From contig CAVYWI010000026.1 of the NCBI GenBank assembly GCA_963772235.1, forward strand, positions 65,371 to 129,370: a stretch of 64,000 nt of DNA, read 5' to 3'. Numbering within the stretch: position 1 is the first letter of the stretch; each line of letters opens with the position of its first letter. Position numbers and translations under genes: made by a program. Positions 29,661 to 40,896 of the stretch are shown here, one piece after another. The notes under the pieces were generated by a model that was not told where the DNA came from, made no database searches, and saw only the letters and a list, made by a program, of their open reading frames with translations. Source of the stretch: an uncultured Alphaproteobacteria bacterium (GTDB lineage: Bacteria; Pseudomonadota; Alphaproteobacteria; Rhizobiales; Xanthobacteraceae).

Positions 29661-32060
29661 TCAGGCTTTGATCAAGGGCACCTTCGGCACCGAGCCGCGC
29701 TTGGCCTTCGGCCGCGGCGACGAGCGGCGCTTGGCCCTGGGCGGCACGGCCGGCAGTTTCTCCGGCTTGGGCGTCACTGGCCCATCGAGGAACTCGAAGC
29801 CGAGCTTGTCGCGGCCGTCTTCGCCCTTGGTGACGACGACACGGACATGGCCGCCATTCTTCAGATGGCCGAACAGTACCTCGTCGGCGAGCGGCTTCTT
29901 GATGTGCTCCTGGATGACCCGCGCCATCGGGCGGGCGCCCATCAATTCGTCGTAGCCTGTGGCGATCAGCCAGCGCGCGGCCTCTTCCGACAGCTCGATG
30001 GTGACGTTGCGGTCGCCGAGTTGCGCCTCGAGCTGGAGCACGAACTTCTCGACCACTTGCGCAATGATCTCCTGCGACAGGTGCGCGAAGGTGATGGTGG
30101 CGTCGAGCCGGTTGCGGAACTCGGGCGTGAACATCCGGTTGATCGCCTCGTGGTCGTCGCCCTCGCGCTTGCTGCGGGTAAAGCCAAAAGCGGACTTGGC
30201 CATCTCGGAGGCGCCCGCATTGGTGGTCATGATCAGGATCACGTTGCGGAAATCGACCTGCTTGCCGTTGTGGTCGGTCAGCTTGCCGTGATCCATCACC
30301 TGCAACAGCACGTTGAACAGGTCGGGATGCGCCTTCTCGATTTCGTCAAGCAGCAGTACGCAATGCGGATGCTGATCGACGCCATCGGTCAGCAGCCCGC
30401 CCTGGTCGAAGCCGACATATCCAGGGGGAGCGCCAATAAGCCGCGACACCGTGTGCCGCTCCATGTATTCCGACATGTCGAAGCGGATCAATTCGACGCC
30501 GAGCGCTGAGGCCAATTGCTTGGCGACTTCGGTCTTGCCGACGCCGGTCGGGCCGGAGAACAAATAGCAGCCGATCGGCTTTTCCGGCTCGCGCAAACCG
30601 GCGCGCGCCAGCTTGATCGAGGCCGACAGCGACTCGATCGCCTTGTCCTGGCCGTACACGGTCGTTTTCAACGTCTGCTCGAGATGCTGCAGTACCGCGG
30701 CGTCGTCCTTGGACACGGTCTTGGGCGGAATCCGCGCCATGGTGGAAATCGTGGTCTCGATCTCCTTGAGGCCGATGGTCTTCTTGCGGCGGCTTTCCGG
30801 CAGCAGCATCTGCGCCGCGCCCAACTCGTCGATCACGTCGATCGCCTTGTCCGGCAGCTTGCGGTCGTGGATGTAGCGCGACGACAGCTCGACCGCCGCC
30901 TTGATCGCCTCGTTGGTGTATTTGAGCTTGTGATATTCCTCGAAATAGGGCTTGAGCCCCTTCAGGATCTCGATCGTGTCCGGCACCGACGGCTCGTTGA
31001 CGTCGATCTTCTGGAACCGGCGGACGAGCGCGCGGTCCTTCTCGAAATACTGCCGGTACTCTTTATACGTTGTCGAGCCGATACAGCGGATCGTGCCCGA
31101 GGCGAGCGCCGGCTTGAGCAGGTTCGACGCGTCCATGGCGCCGCCCGAGGTGGCGCCGGCGCCGATCACGGTGTGGATCTCGTCGATGAACATGATCGCG
31201 CCGGGATAGGCCTCGATCTCCTTGATCACCTGCTTGAGCCGTTCCTCGAAGTCGCCGCGATAGCGCGTGCCGGCGAGCAGCGTGCCCATGTCGAGCGCGA
31301 ATACGGTCGCGCCCTTAAGCACGTCCGGTACGTCGCCATGCACGATGCGGCGCGCCAGCCCTTCGGCGATCGCGGTCTTGCCGACGCCGGCGTCGCCGAC
31401 GAACAGCGGATTGTTCTTCTGCCGGCGGCAGAGCACCTGAATCGTCCGGTTGATCTCGGCGTCGCGGCCGATCAGCGGATCGATCTTGCCGTCTTTGGCT
31501 TTCTTGTTGAGGTTGACGCAATAGGCGTCGAGCGCGTCGCCCTTCTTCTTGGGCTCGTCGCCGGCCTTGGTATCGGTCTCCTCTTCGGCGCCGCGCACCG
31601 GGCGCGCCTCGGACAGGCCCGGCCGCTTGGCGATACCGTGGCTGATGTAATTGACCGCGTCGTAGCGCGTCATGTCCTGCTCTTGCAGGAAATAGGCGGC
31701 GTGGCTCTCGCGCTCGGCGAAGATCGCCACCAGCACATTGGCGCCGGTGACTTCCTCGCGGCCGGACGATTGCACGTGAATGACGGCGCGCTGGATGACG
31801 CGCTGGAAGCCGGCGGTCGGCTTGGAATCCTCGGCGCCGTCGGTGATCAGGTTCTCCAGTTCCGACTCGAGATAGGCCGTGAGGCTGCGGCGCAGCTTGT
31901 CGAGGTCGACGTTGCAGGCGCGCATCACCGCCGAGGCATCCTGATCGTCGATCAGGGCCAACAGCAGATGTTCCAAGGTCGCATATTCGTGATGCCGCTC
32001 ATTGGCGATGGCGAGCGCCCGGTGGAGCGACTGTTCGAGGCTGCGCGAAAACGTTGGCAT
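29661..32060 (-). CDS. clpA: ATP-dependent Clp protease ATP-binding subunit ClpA
   Basis: Two AAA+ modules ([16 protein letters not shown]); downstream of clpS. Confidence 0.97.
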   Translation of the reverse strand: MPTFSRSLEQSLHRALAIANERHHEYATLEHLLLALIDDQDASAVMRACNVDLDKLRRSLTAYLESELENLITDGAEDSKPTAGFQRVIQRAVIHVQSSGREEVTGANVLVAIFAERESHAAYFLQEQDMTRYDAVNYISHGIAKRPGLSEARPVRGAEEETDTKAGDEPKKKGDALDAYCVNLNKKAKDGKIDPLIGRDAEINRTIQVLCRRQKNNPLFVGDAGVGKTAIAEGLARRIVHGDVPDVLKGATVFALDMGTLLAGTRYRGDFEERLKQVIKEIEAYPGAIMFIDEIHTVIGAGATSGGAMDASNLLKPALASGTIRCIGSTTYKEYRQYFEKDRALVRRFQKIDVNEPSVPDTIEILKGLKPYFEEYHKLKYTNEAIKAAVELSSRYIHDRKLPDKAIDVIDELGAAQMLLPESRRKKTIGLKEIETTISTMARIPPKTVSKDDAAVLQHLEQTLKTTVYGQDKAIESLSASIKLARAGLREPEKPIGCYLFSGPTGVGKTEVAKQLASALGVELIRFDMSEYMERHTVSRLIGAPPGYVGFDQGGLLTDGVDQHPHCVLLLDEIEKAHPDLFNVLLQVMDHGKLTDHNGKQVDFRNVILIMTTNAGASEMAKSAFGFTRSKREGDDHEAINRMFTPEFRNRLDATITFAHLSQEIIAQVVEKFVLQLEAQLGDRNVTIELSEEAARWLIATGYDELMGARPMARVIQEHIKKPLADEVLFGHLKNGGHVRVVVTKGEDGRDKLGFEFLDGPVTPKPEKLPAVPPRAKRRSSPRPKAKRGSVPKVPLIKA

Positions 32061-32118
32061 CAGATTTCCATTCCCATTTGTATTGAACGCCCCTCCCCAA
32101 ATCTTCCTTTTACAAGAC

Positions 32119-32529
32119 TCATTTTTTTTCCATCACGCATTGCAGAGGATGCTGATGTTTTCTGGCAAAGTCCATAACCTGCGTCACTTTGGTCTCCGCC
32201 ACCTCGTACGTATAGATCCCGCATTCGCCGATGCCGTGGTGATGCACATGCAACATAATGCGTGTCGCAGCCTCGTGATCCTTGCCGAAGAAACGTTCCA
32301 GCACGTGGACGACGAATTCCATCGGCGTGTAGTCGTCGTTGAGGATCAGCACGCGGTACAGACTTGGCCGCTTGGTCTGCGGCTTGGTCTTGCTGATGAC
32401 CGCGGTGCCGGGCCCGCCCGGTTCATTGCGACGCTTGCGATCGTCGTCCGCCATGCGTGGCTGCCGGCCCCGCCCGGGAGCCGCTGCCGCCCTGACGGCG
32501 GGGAAGATTTTCCGAATGGTCGAGCTCAT
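32119..32529 (-). CDS. clpS: Clp protease adaptor ClpS (start may be 32454)
   Basis: [17 protein letters not shown]…HPLQCVME. Confidence 0.95.
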   Translation of the reverse strand: MSSTIRKIFPAVRAAAAPGRGRQPRMADDDRKRRNEPGGPGTAVISKTKPQTKRPSLYRVLILNDDYTPMEFVVHVLERFFGKDHEAATRIMLHVHHHGIGECGIYTYEVAETKVTQVMDFARKHQHPLQCVMEKK

Positions 32530-32852
32530 GACATTGCCGAGGCAAGAAGCGTTCCAGAACCGTGGCAGCGGGGTCGCATGCTGGCAGCCTTGCCGCCATC
32601 ATAAAGACCGGCAGCCAGCCAGGCCAAGCCGAGATTTGGCCCGCTACGGTACAGGTTAATCCGAATTCAGGCGATTCCGGGTGCTTCGACACAGATATCC
32701 ATTGGTTACCCGATCACAAGTCATGTCCGGACAATCCAAGGCGATTTTTCCCCAAATCCGAGTGTCGGCGCCAACGGTATTTCAAGACGGCACCGGCATC
32801 TTCGAACGGCTTTATCCACCGCCGTTTCGCGGCCTACAGGGGGGTTGCCTCA

Positions 32853-34142
32853 ATGCTGCTGACCCGTTTTTGGAAGAACCGGCAAGGGAGCATCGCGCCC
32901 CTGTTCGGACTAGCAATCATCCCGCTGATCGCCGGCGTTGGATCGGCCGTCGACTACACGCGGGCCAGCGCCGCGCGTACGGCGTTTCAATCTTCGCTCG
33001 ATTCGGCCGCGCTGATGCTCGCGAAAACCGCGGCGTTGCAAACGCCGGCCGAGATTCAGGCCGAGGCGACCACCTACGTCAACGCCCTGTTCACGGCCAA
33101 CAACGCCAAAAACGTCACGGTCAGCGCGGCCTATTCGACGACCAACGGGTCGCAACTCGTGCTTACCGGCAGTGCCACCGTCCAAACGAGTTTTATGAGC
33201 ATCTTCGGCATCGACACGATCAATATCGCCGCCAGCACGACATCAACCTGGGGCAACACCCGTCTGCGGGTCGCGCTCGTGCTCGACAATACCGGTTCGA
33301 TGGCGAGTTCCAGCAAGATGACGGCGTTGAAGACCGCGTCGCAAAATCTTCTCACGCAACTCAAGAGCGCCGCCATAAACGCCGACGACGTCTACGTCTC
33401 GATCGTCCCGTTTAACAAGGACGTCAACGTCAATACCAGCAATGTGAGTGCGCCGTGGCTGCGCTGGGATATGTGGGAAGCGGTGAATGGCAAGTGCAGC
33501 AACACGACCTACAAGATGCAATCGAGTTGCGTCGCAGCCGGCAAAACCTGGACGCCCAATAGCCACACCACGTGGAACGGCTGCGTCACCGACCGGGATC
33601 AGAATTTCGATACCACCAACGATGCGCCGGTGGCCGGCAGCACGCTGTATCCGACCGAGCAATATTCCTCCTGCCCGGTGTCGCTCGTCGGCCTGAGCAA
33701 CGACTGGACCGCGCTGTCCAACAAGATCACCGCGATGCAGCCCGTCGGCAACACCAACCAGGCGATCGGCCTGCAGATGGGCTGGCAGTCGCTGACGGCG
33801 GCGCCGTTCTCGGTGCCGGCCATGGACCCGAACTACCAGTACAAGCAGGTCATCATCCTGCTCAGCGACGGGTTGAATACCCAGGACCGCTGGTACACCA
33901 GTGCGTCGTCGATCGACACGCGGCAGCAGAAGACCTGCGACAACATCAAGGCCGCCGGGATCACGATCTACACGGTTCAGGTCAATACCGACAACGAGGC
34001 AACCTCCACGCTGCTGCAGAACTGCGCCAGCAACACCACCGGAACCACTGACCACTTCTTCCTGCTGACGTCGTCGGAGCAAATCGTCGCGACGTTCGGC
34101 CAGATCGGCACCGCGCTGTCCAACCTGCGGCTGGCGATGTAG
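32853..34142 (+). CDS. TadE/TadG-like pilus protein with vWA domain, copy 1
   Basis: Prepilin-like G-SIAPLFGL N-terminus, ALVLDNTGSM MIDAS, WNGCVTDR, IILLSDGLNT. Confidence 0.88.
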   Translation: MLLTRFWKNRQGSIAPLFGLAIIPLIAGVGSAVDYTRASAARTAFQSSLDSAALMLAKTAALQTPAEIQAEATTYVNALFTANNAKNVTVSAAYSTTNGSQLVLTGSATVQTSFMSIFGIDTINIAASTTSTWGNTRLRVALVLDNTGSMASSSKMTALKTASQNLLTQLKSAAINADDVYVSIVPFNKDVNVNTSNVSAPWLRWDMWEAVNGKCSNTTYKMQSSCVAAGKTWTPNSHTTWNGCVTDRDQNFDTTNDAPVAGSTLYPTEQYSSCPVSLVGLSNDWTALSNKITAMQPVGNTNQAIGLQMGWQSLTAAPFSVPAMDPNYQYKQVIILLSDGLNTQDRWYTSASSIDTRQQKTCDNIKAAGITIYTVQVNTDNEATSTLLQNCASNTTGTTDHFFLLTSSEQIVATFGQIGTALSNLRLAM

Positions 34143-34437
34143 CCGGCCTAGCGGCGTTTTCCCCGGCACCGCGGCGATGCCCGCCGCGGTGCCAGAATCC
34201 GCGTTTCCCGGCCGCGGAACCAACCAAACGTTAACGACACCCCATGAGAACTATCGGCATTCGCGGCATCCCGGGCAGATCGCATTAACTACCCAAATCG
34301 TTGATCGAGCCCATAAAATGGTCGACTTGCACGCTTGACAATTACCATCCGGCAACGATTTCCGGCGCATTGATATACCGGGCCTTTAACAGCGGGGCTT
34401 ATGAACGTACGCGAATTAAACCGTATTTGGTGACGCC

Positions 34438-36000
34438 ATGTCGGTCTGGACGAAATTCCGTAACGCCCTGCGCGCATTTCGCGCCGCGCGTGGAGGCAAT
34501 GTCGCCATCACCTTCGCCTTTGCCACCTTGCCGATCATCGCGACTGTCGGTTACGCCGTCGATTACAGCCGCGCCAATTCGGTGAAGGTCGCGATGCAGG
34601 CGGCGCTCGACTCCACCGCGCTGATGATTTCAAAGGAAGCGGCCAAGGACACTCCGACCCAACTGCAAGACAACGCCAAGGCGTATTTCTTGGCTTTGTT
34701 TAACCGCACGGATGTCACGAATATTACGGTCAATGCCAGCTTCGACAGCGCCAGCCCAACCCAGGTGTCCATCAGCAGCTCCGTCGACGTTCCCACCACC
34801 ATTCTCGCCGCCGTCGGATGGCACACCATGACCGTGGGCAGCTCGTCCACCTCCAAGTGGGGCGAAACGCGGATGCGCGTGGCGCTGGTGCTCGACAACA
34901 CCGGATCGATGGCAAGCTCCGGCAAGATGACCGCACTGAAGATCGGCGACCAAGAGTTTGCTGACCCAACTGCAGAATGCCGTCACCAACAATGGCGACG
35001 TCTATGTCTCGATCGTTCCGTTCGTCAAGGACGTCAATCTCGATCCCTCCGAATACAATTCGGACTGGATTTATTGGGGCACCGCTCCGGTAGACAATAA
35101 TGTTCACAATCCCTCGGATCCAGTTCAGGATTCGACGTCTTCCGACAACACGTCGTGGAATGCCCAGAACGGCACCTGCAGCGGCAGTTGGGCCATTTCA
35201 CCCGAACAGAGGCGACTGCAAGGCTTCTCCAATCTAGTTCGAAAACGCAATACAGCCGGGACGCGACGCACACCAAATGTCAGCAGCCAAGGGCGGAACC
35301 TGGTACACGGACTGGCGGGAACTTGGACTCCCTATGCCCATAATGACGGCACATCGAATAGTAGGAACTGGAACGGCTGCGTGACGGACCGCGGCATCTT
35401 CGACCACGCCGGACACGACGAACAACTACGACACCAACGTCGTACAGCCGGATGTCACCAAGAACGCTTCGCTTTACGCGGCTGAGCAATAGCTCCAGTT
35501 GCCCGCAGGCCGTGATGGGCCTGAGCTACAATTGGTCGGCAATGACCTCGCTGGTCAACGGCATGTCGCCGAACGGAAACACCAACCAGGCGATCGGCTT
35601 GCAGCTCGGCTGGCTGTCGCTGGTCGGCGGCGGGCCGTTCACGGCGCCGGCGATGGATCCGAACTACAACTACACGCAGGTCATCATCCTGCTGACCGAC
35701 GGCTTGAACACCCAGGATCGCTGGTACGGCAACGGCTCCAGTCTCGGCACGTCGACGACGCCAGATCGACGCACGCGAGCAGCTGACCTGCAATAACTTC
35801 AAGGCCGCCGGCAGCCCGCCCAAGTCACCAACATGATCTACACCATCCAGGTGAACACCGACAACGAACCGACCTCGACCCTGCTGCAGAACTGCGCGAG
35901 CAACTCGAGCAAGTTCTTCCTGCTGACGTCGGCAGACCAGATCATGAACGTATTCACCCAGATCGGCACCGAACTGAGCCAGCTGCGCATCGCGCAATAG
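34438..36000 (+). CDS. TadE/TadG-like pilus protein with vWA domain, copy 2 (multiple frameshifts)
   Basis: GGNVAITFAF, ALVLDNTGSM, WNGCVTDRG, GNTNQAIGLQ, IILLTDGLNT across frames. Confidence 0.85.
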
Positions 36001-36019
36001 CCGCGGTAGCGGAAAAAGC

Positions 36020-36049
36020 AAAAGCCCGGCCAAACCAGCCGGGCTTTTT
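36020..36049. terminator. Bidirectional intrinsic terminator
   Basis: AAAAGCCCGGC-caaacca-GCCGGGCTTTTT between convergent tadG-like and phasin genes. Confidence 0.8.
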
Positions 36050-36106
36050 CCTTGACGCTTAACTCAACGCTACGCGACGGAACTCAATGCTCTGCGCGGG
36101 AGCGGC

Positions 36107-36442
36107 TTACTTCGCCTTCGCCATCAGGGTTTCGAACGGCTTGTAGGTTTCCTTGGCGAGATCGGCATAGAGTTCGCCGATCTTGGAAGCCTTGGCCACG
36201 AAACCTTCATAGGCGGTTTTGGCGTATTCGGTCTGCACCTCGATGGCCTTCTCGAGCGACTTCACGCCGAACAGCTTCTCGAGCGCGGCGGTTCCGTCTT
36301 CGAAAGCCTTCTTCGAGTAGTCGGCGACTTCAGTCGCGATGGCCTGGGTGCCCTTCGACAGCACGCCCATCGATTTCAGCGCGAGATCGACGTTCTCTTT
36401 CCCGACTTGCTGGAAGTCCTCGAAATTCTTGACCATTGTCAT
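36107..36442 (-). CDS. Phasin family protein
   Basis: QAIATEVADYSKKAFEDG…KSLEKAIEVQTEYAKTAYEGFVA. Confidence 0.9.
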   Translation of the reverse strand: MTMVKNFEDFQQVGKENVDLALKSMGVLSKGTQAIATEVADYSKKAFEDGTAALEKLFGVKSLEKAIEVQTEYAKTAYEGFVAKASKIGELYADLAKETYKPFETLMAKAK

Positions 36443-36522
36443 CCCTTCCCGGCCGCAATGGCGGCGCCAATGTGCTGATTCCTAAGACCCGGCCTATCAC
36501 CGGGAACGAATGCGATTTATAC

Positions 36523-36564
36523 TGCACTGCACAATAAAGTCAAGATGTATTTTGCAGTGCGAAA
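36523..36564. promoter_or_regulatory. Putative PhaR operator pair upstream of the phasin gene
   Basis: TGCACTGCACAA (36523) fits the TGCRNYGCASMA PhaR motif as I recall it; second near-match TGCAGTGCGAAA (36553). Confidence 0.65.
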
Positions 36565-36590
36565 AAACCCTGAAAATCCAGAGGATTGTG

Positions 36591-36606
36591 TTAAGAAATT
36601 GTAAAC
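36591..36606 (+). promoter_or_regulatory. Putative CtrA box upstream of the DD-carboxypeptidase gene
   Basis: TTAA-GAAATTG-TAAAC versus consensus TTAA-N7-TTAAC. Confidence 0.5.
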
Positions 36607-36710
36607 CGTGATCCCTTACGGTGGCAATTTGCGGCGTCGCGGCACCGCTATAAAATGGCCTGATTTGGCGGGTCTCAGGTACATCTGAATAACGGGGTTG
36701 GGGAGAGCGG

Positions 36711-38225
36711 ATGTTGCGTGCGGGAGCTTTTGTCCGACGTCCGCTCCTTTGGAGCGCCTTCGGTCTGGTGACGCTGCTGGCCGTGGCCGCGGTTACCACC
36801 GGCGCCGACGCCCGCGGACGACGCCACCGCCACCACGCGACGGCCGCCGAAAAATACGAGCCCCCCTATTCCTCGATCGTGGTGGACGCCAATTCCGGCG
36901 CGGTCCTGCAGGCGACCAACGCCGACAGTCCGCGTCATCCGGCCTCGCTGACCAAGGTGATGACGCTCTACCTGCTGTTCGAGCGGCTGCAGGCGGGCAG
37001 GATCAAGATGTCGACCGGCATGGAGATCTCGGCCCATGCCGCGGCGCAGGCACCGTCCAAGTTGGGCCTCAAGCCAGGTCAGACCATCGACGTGGAGACC
37101 GCGATCCGCGCCATCGTCACCAAGTCGGCCAACGATGTGGCGGTCGTCGTCGCCGAGGCGCTTGGCGGCAGCGAAGAGAACTTTGCCAGGATGATGACCG
37201 CCAAGGCGCGGACGCTCGGCATGATGCACACCGTTTATCGGGATGCGTCCGGCCTGCCCAATGACGGGCAGATCACCACGGCGCGCGACATGACCATCCT
37301 CGGCCGCGCCATCCAGGATCGCTTTCCGCAGTACTACCACTATTTCGCGACCCGCACGTTCACCTACCGCGGCCAGGAGTTTCGCAACCACAATCACCTG
37401 CTTGGCCGGGTTGCCGGCGTCGACGGCATGAAGACCGGCTACATTCACGACTCCGGTTTCAACATCATCGTCTCGATGCGCCGCGGCCCGCGCCATATCG
37501 TGGCCGTGGTGTTCGGCGGACGTACCGCGTCGGCGCGCGACGCGCGCGTCGTCAGTCTGCTCGATGACACCATCGATATCGCCGCGACCAGACGTACCGT
37601 CCCGCCGATCGTCGAGGGCGTCGCCGAGGCGCGCGTCAAGACTGCCAAGGAAACAGTCGCGTCGATTTCTCCCGCGCCCCGCCGCGCCGAGCCGCCGACG
37701 GGCTCGACCGATCCGATCAAGCCCAATCCGGTGAAGACGATCGCGGTGCAGGCTAACACCATGCACACCGCGTCGCTGGCGCCGCCGCCAGCGGATGACC
37801 GCAAGCTCGTGCGGGTGGAGGGCCCCACCAAGGTCACGACCGTCATTGTGAAGCGGGAGTCTCCGCCTGCGCCCGCTGCAAAACCGGGTGTGTTGGGCGT
37901 GTTGCCGGTCAAGGTCGCCGCCGCCGGCGACAGCGTGCCGCTCGCAGATGCCAAGCCGGAGCCGGCCGCCAAGCCGCGCATCGGCGGCTGGATGATCCAG
38001 GTGGGCGCCTTCCCGGAAGAGAAGGAAGCCAAACAACGGCTGCTCGCGGCTAAAGACAAGGCGAAAATCCAGCTCGGCCAGGCGGACCCGTTCACCGAAC
38101 GGGTGGCGAAGGGCGACAAGTCGCTCTATCGCGCGCGCTTTGCCGGCCTGGACAAGGATCAGGCGGAAACGGCCTGCAAGCATCTCAAGCGCAATGAAAT
38201 TCCGTGCATGCTGCTGAAAAACTAG
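36711..38225 (+). CDS. D-alanyl-D-alanine carboxypeptidase (S11) with C-terminal SPOR domain
   Basis: PASLTKVMT, KSAND, GMKTGY; C-terminal WMIQVGAF…YRARFAG. Confidence 0.92.
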   Translation: MLRAGAFVRRPLLWSAFGLVTLLAVAAVTTGADARGRRHRHHATAAEKYEPPYSSIVVDANSGAVLQATNADSPRHPASLTKVMTLYLLFERLQAGRIKMSTGMEISAHAAAQAPSKLGLKPGQTIDVETAIRAIVTKSANDVAVVVAEALGGSEENFARMMTAKARTLGMMHTVYRDASGLPNDGQITTARDMTILGRAIQDRFPQYYHYFATRTFTYRGQEFRNHNHLLGRVAGVDGMKTGYIHDSGFNIIVSMRRGPRHIVAVVFGGRTASARDARVVSLLDDTIDIAATRRTVPPIVEGVAEARVKTAKETVASISPAPRRAEPPTGSTDPIKPNPVKTIAVQANTMHTASLAPPPADDRKLVRVEGPTKVTTVIVKRESPPAPAAKPGVLGVLPVKVAAAGDSVPLADAKPEPAAKPRIGGWMIQVGAFPEEKEAKQRLLAAKDKAKIQLGQADPFTERVAKGDKSLYRARFAGLDKDQAETACKHLKRNEIPCMLLKN

Positions 38226-38342
38226 CGTGCAATGCCTGTTAACCGTTTTCGGATAGCAGGACGGATAAGAAGAAAAGAAAATTAGACGACCCGGGACGTG
38301 TCGATACTCAGGAGCCGCTGATGGTGTTGCGTAAGGAGTACA

Positions 38343-39044
38343 TCAGCGATGACGGCGAAGAAGGATTTCCTTGGCCTCGTTGACGCGGGCGGCCAGATAC
38401 GTCGACCCGCCTTGGTCGGGATGCAGCTTCTTCATCAGCGTGCGGTGCGCGCGCGTGATGGCGTCAGCACTCGCTCCCGGCTCAACGCCAAGGATCTGAT
38501 AGGCCTCCTGTTCCGTCATTTTGCCGCTCGACCCAGCAGCCCGCCCCGCTGCCGCGTGTCCTTGCGCGTATTCACTCCAGCCGGGATCCCGGCGGTCAAG
38601 ATACGCCACCAGTAGCGCGCGGCTCTCCTCGTCGAACTCGTCCAGCATTCCGGCCAGCGTCTTGACGTCGAGCGCTTCGAGCGCGGCGCCCTGACGCCGG
38701 CCGGCAATGATGCGTCCGCGCATCGCGCCGCTGTCGTGGTCGAGTTCCATTTCGAGATAGGCCGAACGCACACGTGAGGTCTGGCCGGCGCTCTTCCGCG
38801 TGCGCTGGGTAAAACCGGGCATCCCGAACGGGATCCAGCCGAGCAGCCCCAGTCCGAATAGGCCGAGTGGCACGGCGACAAAGATTTCGCCGCGCAGGCC
38901 GAGAAACGCGGCAAAGCCGATCGCCAGGATGCCGCCCGAGGCTTTCATTACCCGCGCGGCGACCTTGGGATCGATCTTTGAGATAACGCCGAGCACCCAA
39001 AGCGCAGCCACCAATACCAAGATGCCGAATACGATCTCCGGCAT
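38343..39044 (-). CDS. Membrane-anchored DnaJ-domain protein
   Basis: N-terminal TMs; C-terminal EAYQILG…LMKKLHPDQGGSTYLAARVNEAK. Confidence 0.9.
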   Translation of the reverse strand: MPEIVFGILVLVAALWVLGVISKIDPKVAARVMKASGGILAIGFAAFLGLRGEIFVAVPLGLFGLGLLGWIPFGMPGFTQRTRKSAGQTSRVRSAYLEMELDHDSGAMRGRIIAGRRQGAALEALDVKTLAGMLDEFDEESRALLVAYLDRRDPGWSEYAQGHAAAGRAAGSSGKMTEQEAYQILGVEPGASADAITRAHRTLMKKLHPDQGGSTYLAARVNEAKEILLRRHR

Positions 39045-39046
39045 GG

Positions 39047-39766
39047 CTATTTGAGCTGTGCCAAGAGCCGGCGCGCGCCGTCCGAGCGCCGCGCCGAGAG
39101 GTCGGCGAGCGCCTTGATGCCGCCAGCGGCATAGGCCGCGACCGCGCGCAGCAGTTCGCCGAGCTGATGTGCCGCGCCGGTATCGAAGCGGCAATAGGCC
39201 CCGTGCGTGAGGCGCGCGATCTCGCGGTAGGCGTTCTCGGCGACCGGATCGTTGCCCTCTTGGAACATGAACACAGGCACGCCGAGCAGGCCGAGCTCGC
39301 CGGCCGCTTTGCACAGATCGTCGATCTTCTCCTCCATGGCGTCGCCGACGAACACCATCGTCTGCACACGCTGCTTGGCATATTCCTTGCGGGCGTGGCT
39401 CAGCACCTTGCCGATCTGGGTATGGCCGCCACGGCAATCGATACGCGACATCAACGCGGCGAGTTTCTCGGCCGCCGCGACCCAGCCGGAGGCGCGGCAT
39501 TCGCCAAGCCCGCGAAAGTAGACCAATTGAATATCGAGGCCGCCAGCACTGGCCGCTTCGCGGAACATATCGGCCTGCAACGCGCAGGCGGAATCCCAGG
39601 TCGGCTGCCGGCTCATGGTCGCGTCGAGCGCGAAAATCAGCCGCCCGTGCGTGCCGCCCGCTTTGGCCGGGCCGAGCGAGCGCACGTGCTCGATGAATTC
39701 GGCGATCTCCGGCCGCGAGGAAGCCGGCGCCGGGGTTTGCTGGGAAGGGTCCTTGCTCATGGCCAC
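39047..39766 (-). CDS. vWA-domain protein
   Basis: LIFALDATMSRQPTW, GGHTQIGKVL, FVGDAMEE. Confidence 0.85.
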   Translation of the reverse strand: MAMSKDPSQQTPAPASSRPEIAEFIEHVRSLGPAKAGGTHGRLIFALDATMSRQPTWDSACALQADMFREAASAGGLDIQLVYFRGLGECRASGWVAAAEKLAALMSRIDCRGGHTQIGKVLSHARKEYAKQRVQTMVFVGDAMEEKIDDLCKAAGELGLLGVPVFMFQEGNDPVAENAYREIARLTHGAYCRFDTGAAHQLGELLRAVAAYAAGGIKALADLSARRSDGARRLLAQLK

Positions 39767-39816
39767 AGTCTACACCGATTTAAGGGGAATCGGTGGCCGT
39801 GCAAGGCGCCTGAGCG

Positions 39817-40737
39817 CTATCCGATGATGTCGTGGACCTGCAGCGGCTGGTCCATGACGGAATACCATTCCGCACGGGCGGCGGCCCGCCGCTTGCCGTT
39901 CTCCGACAGCGGCAGACGTAGCGCGTTGAGCAGCGCGATCACCTCCTCGCGCGCCGTCAGGTGCGACAGGCTCGGCCGCGTGCCGAGCGTCGCCTCGTCG
40001 AGGTCGTCGAACGCGGTGAGGCCGCGCGGGAAGAATTCGCGGTAGACCACGCGCTCGGCGATGCCGTCCACGTAGCGGAACCCCATGCGTTTGGACAATT
40101 CGATGAGACCATCGCCGACCATCTTCTTGTTGCGCGACCCGAGCGAGGACAGCCGGTTGCGCACCACGATCCAGTCGGTCAGCCGGCCGTCGACCAGCCG
40201 CCGCTGGCGGCGCGACTCGCGCACCATCTCGGCGTAGTGGCTTTCGCCGGTGACCGAAAAATTGGTCGGGTCGAGGCTGCCGAGCACGTCGAAATCGACA
40301 AAACTATCGTTGAGCGGCGTGACCAGCGTGTCGGCCATCGAATGAGCGAGCCGCATCAGATAGGTGTCGCTGCCGGGCGTATCGATCACCACGACGTCGT
40401 AGCTGTGCTCGATCGCGCCGATCACTTGCGAGAACGCGGCGAACTCCTGCGCTTCGTTGGCTTCCAGCGAATTACCCTCGGCCCGTTCCACGCAATAATG
40501 CGTCGGCAGGTCGAGCGTGATGCGGGCGCGTTCGCTCCAGGCGCGGCGGTTCTCGATGTAATGCGTGAAGCTTTTCTGCCGGCTGTCGAGATCGATGGTC
40601 GCGACGCGCTGGCCGGCCTTGAGCAACGCAACCGCGATGTGCAGAGCGGTGGTGGATTTACCCGACCCGCCTTTCTCGTTACCGAGAATAACCACGTGAG
40701 CAGACTGACGAGCCCGCTCTATCGGCTGCACTAACAT
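39817..40737 (-). CDS. mipZ: Division plane positioning ATPase MipZ
   Basis: GNEKGGSGKSTT, IDTPG, TPLNDSFVDFD, ERVVYREFFPRGLT. Confidence 0.9.
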   Translation of the reverse strand: MLVQPIERARQSAHVVILGNEKGGSGKSTTALHIAVALLKAGQRVATIDLDSRQKSFTHYIENRRAWSERARITLDLPTHYCVERAEGNSLEANEAQEFAAFSQVIGAIEHSYDVVVIDTPGSDTYLMRLAHSMADTLVTPLNDSFVDFDVLGSLDPTNFSVTGESHYAEMVRESRRQRRLVDGRLTDWIVVRNRLSSLGSRNKKMVGDGLIELSKRMGFRYVDGIAERVVYREFFPRGLTAFDDLDEATLGTRPSLSHLTAREEVIALLNALRLPLSENGKRRAAARAEWYSVMDQPLQVHDIIG

Positions 40738-40896
40738 GACGCGCCCCCCAGGGCATTTAATTCTCGAATTATTTCAGTGACATTCGTCAAGCGCGATATG
40801 ATCGAAACGATTTTGTTGCGACACGCGTGGCCGCCTTGCCACAGTTTTGCTATGGGCTAGCCAGGTTTTGTGACAATCAGCCGACAGGCTCCGCCT

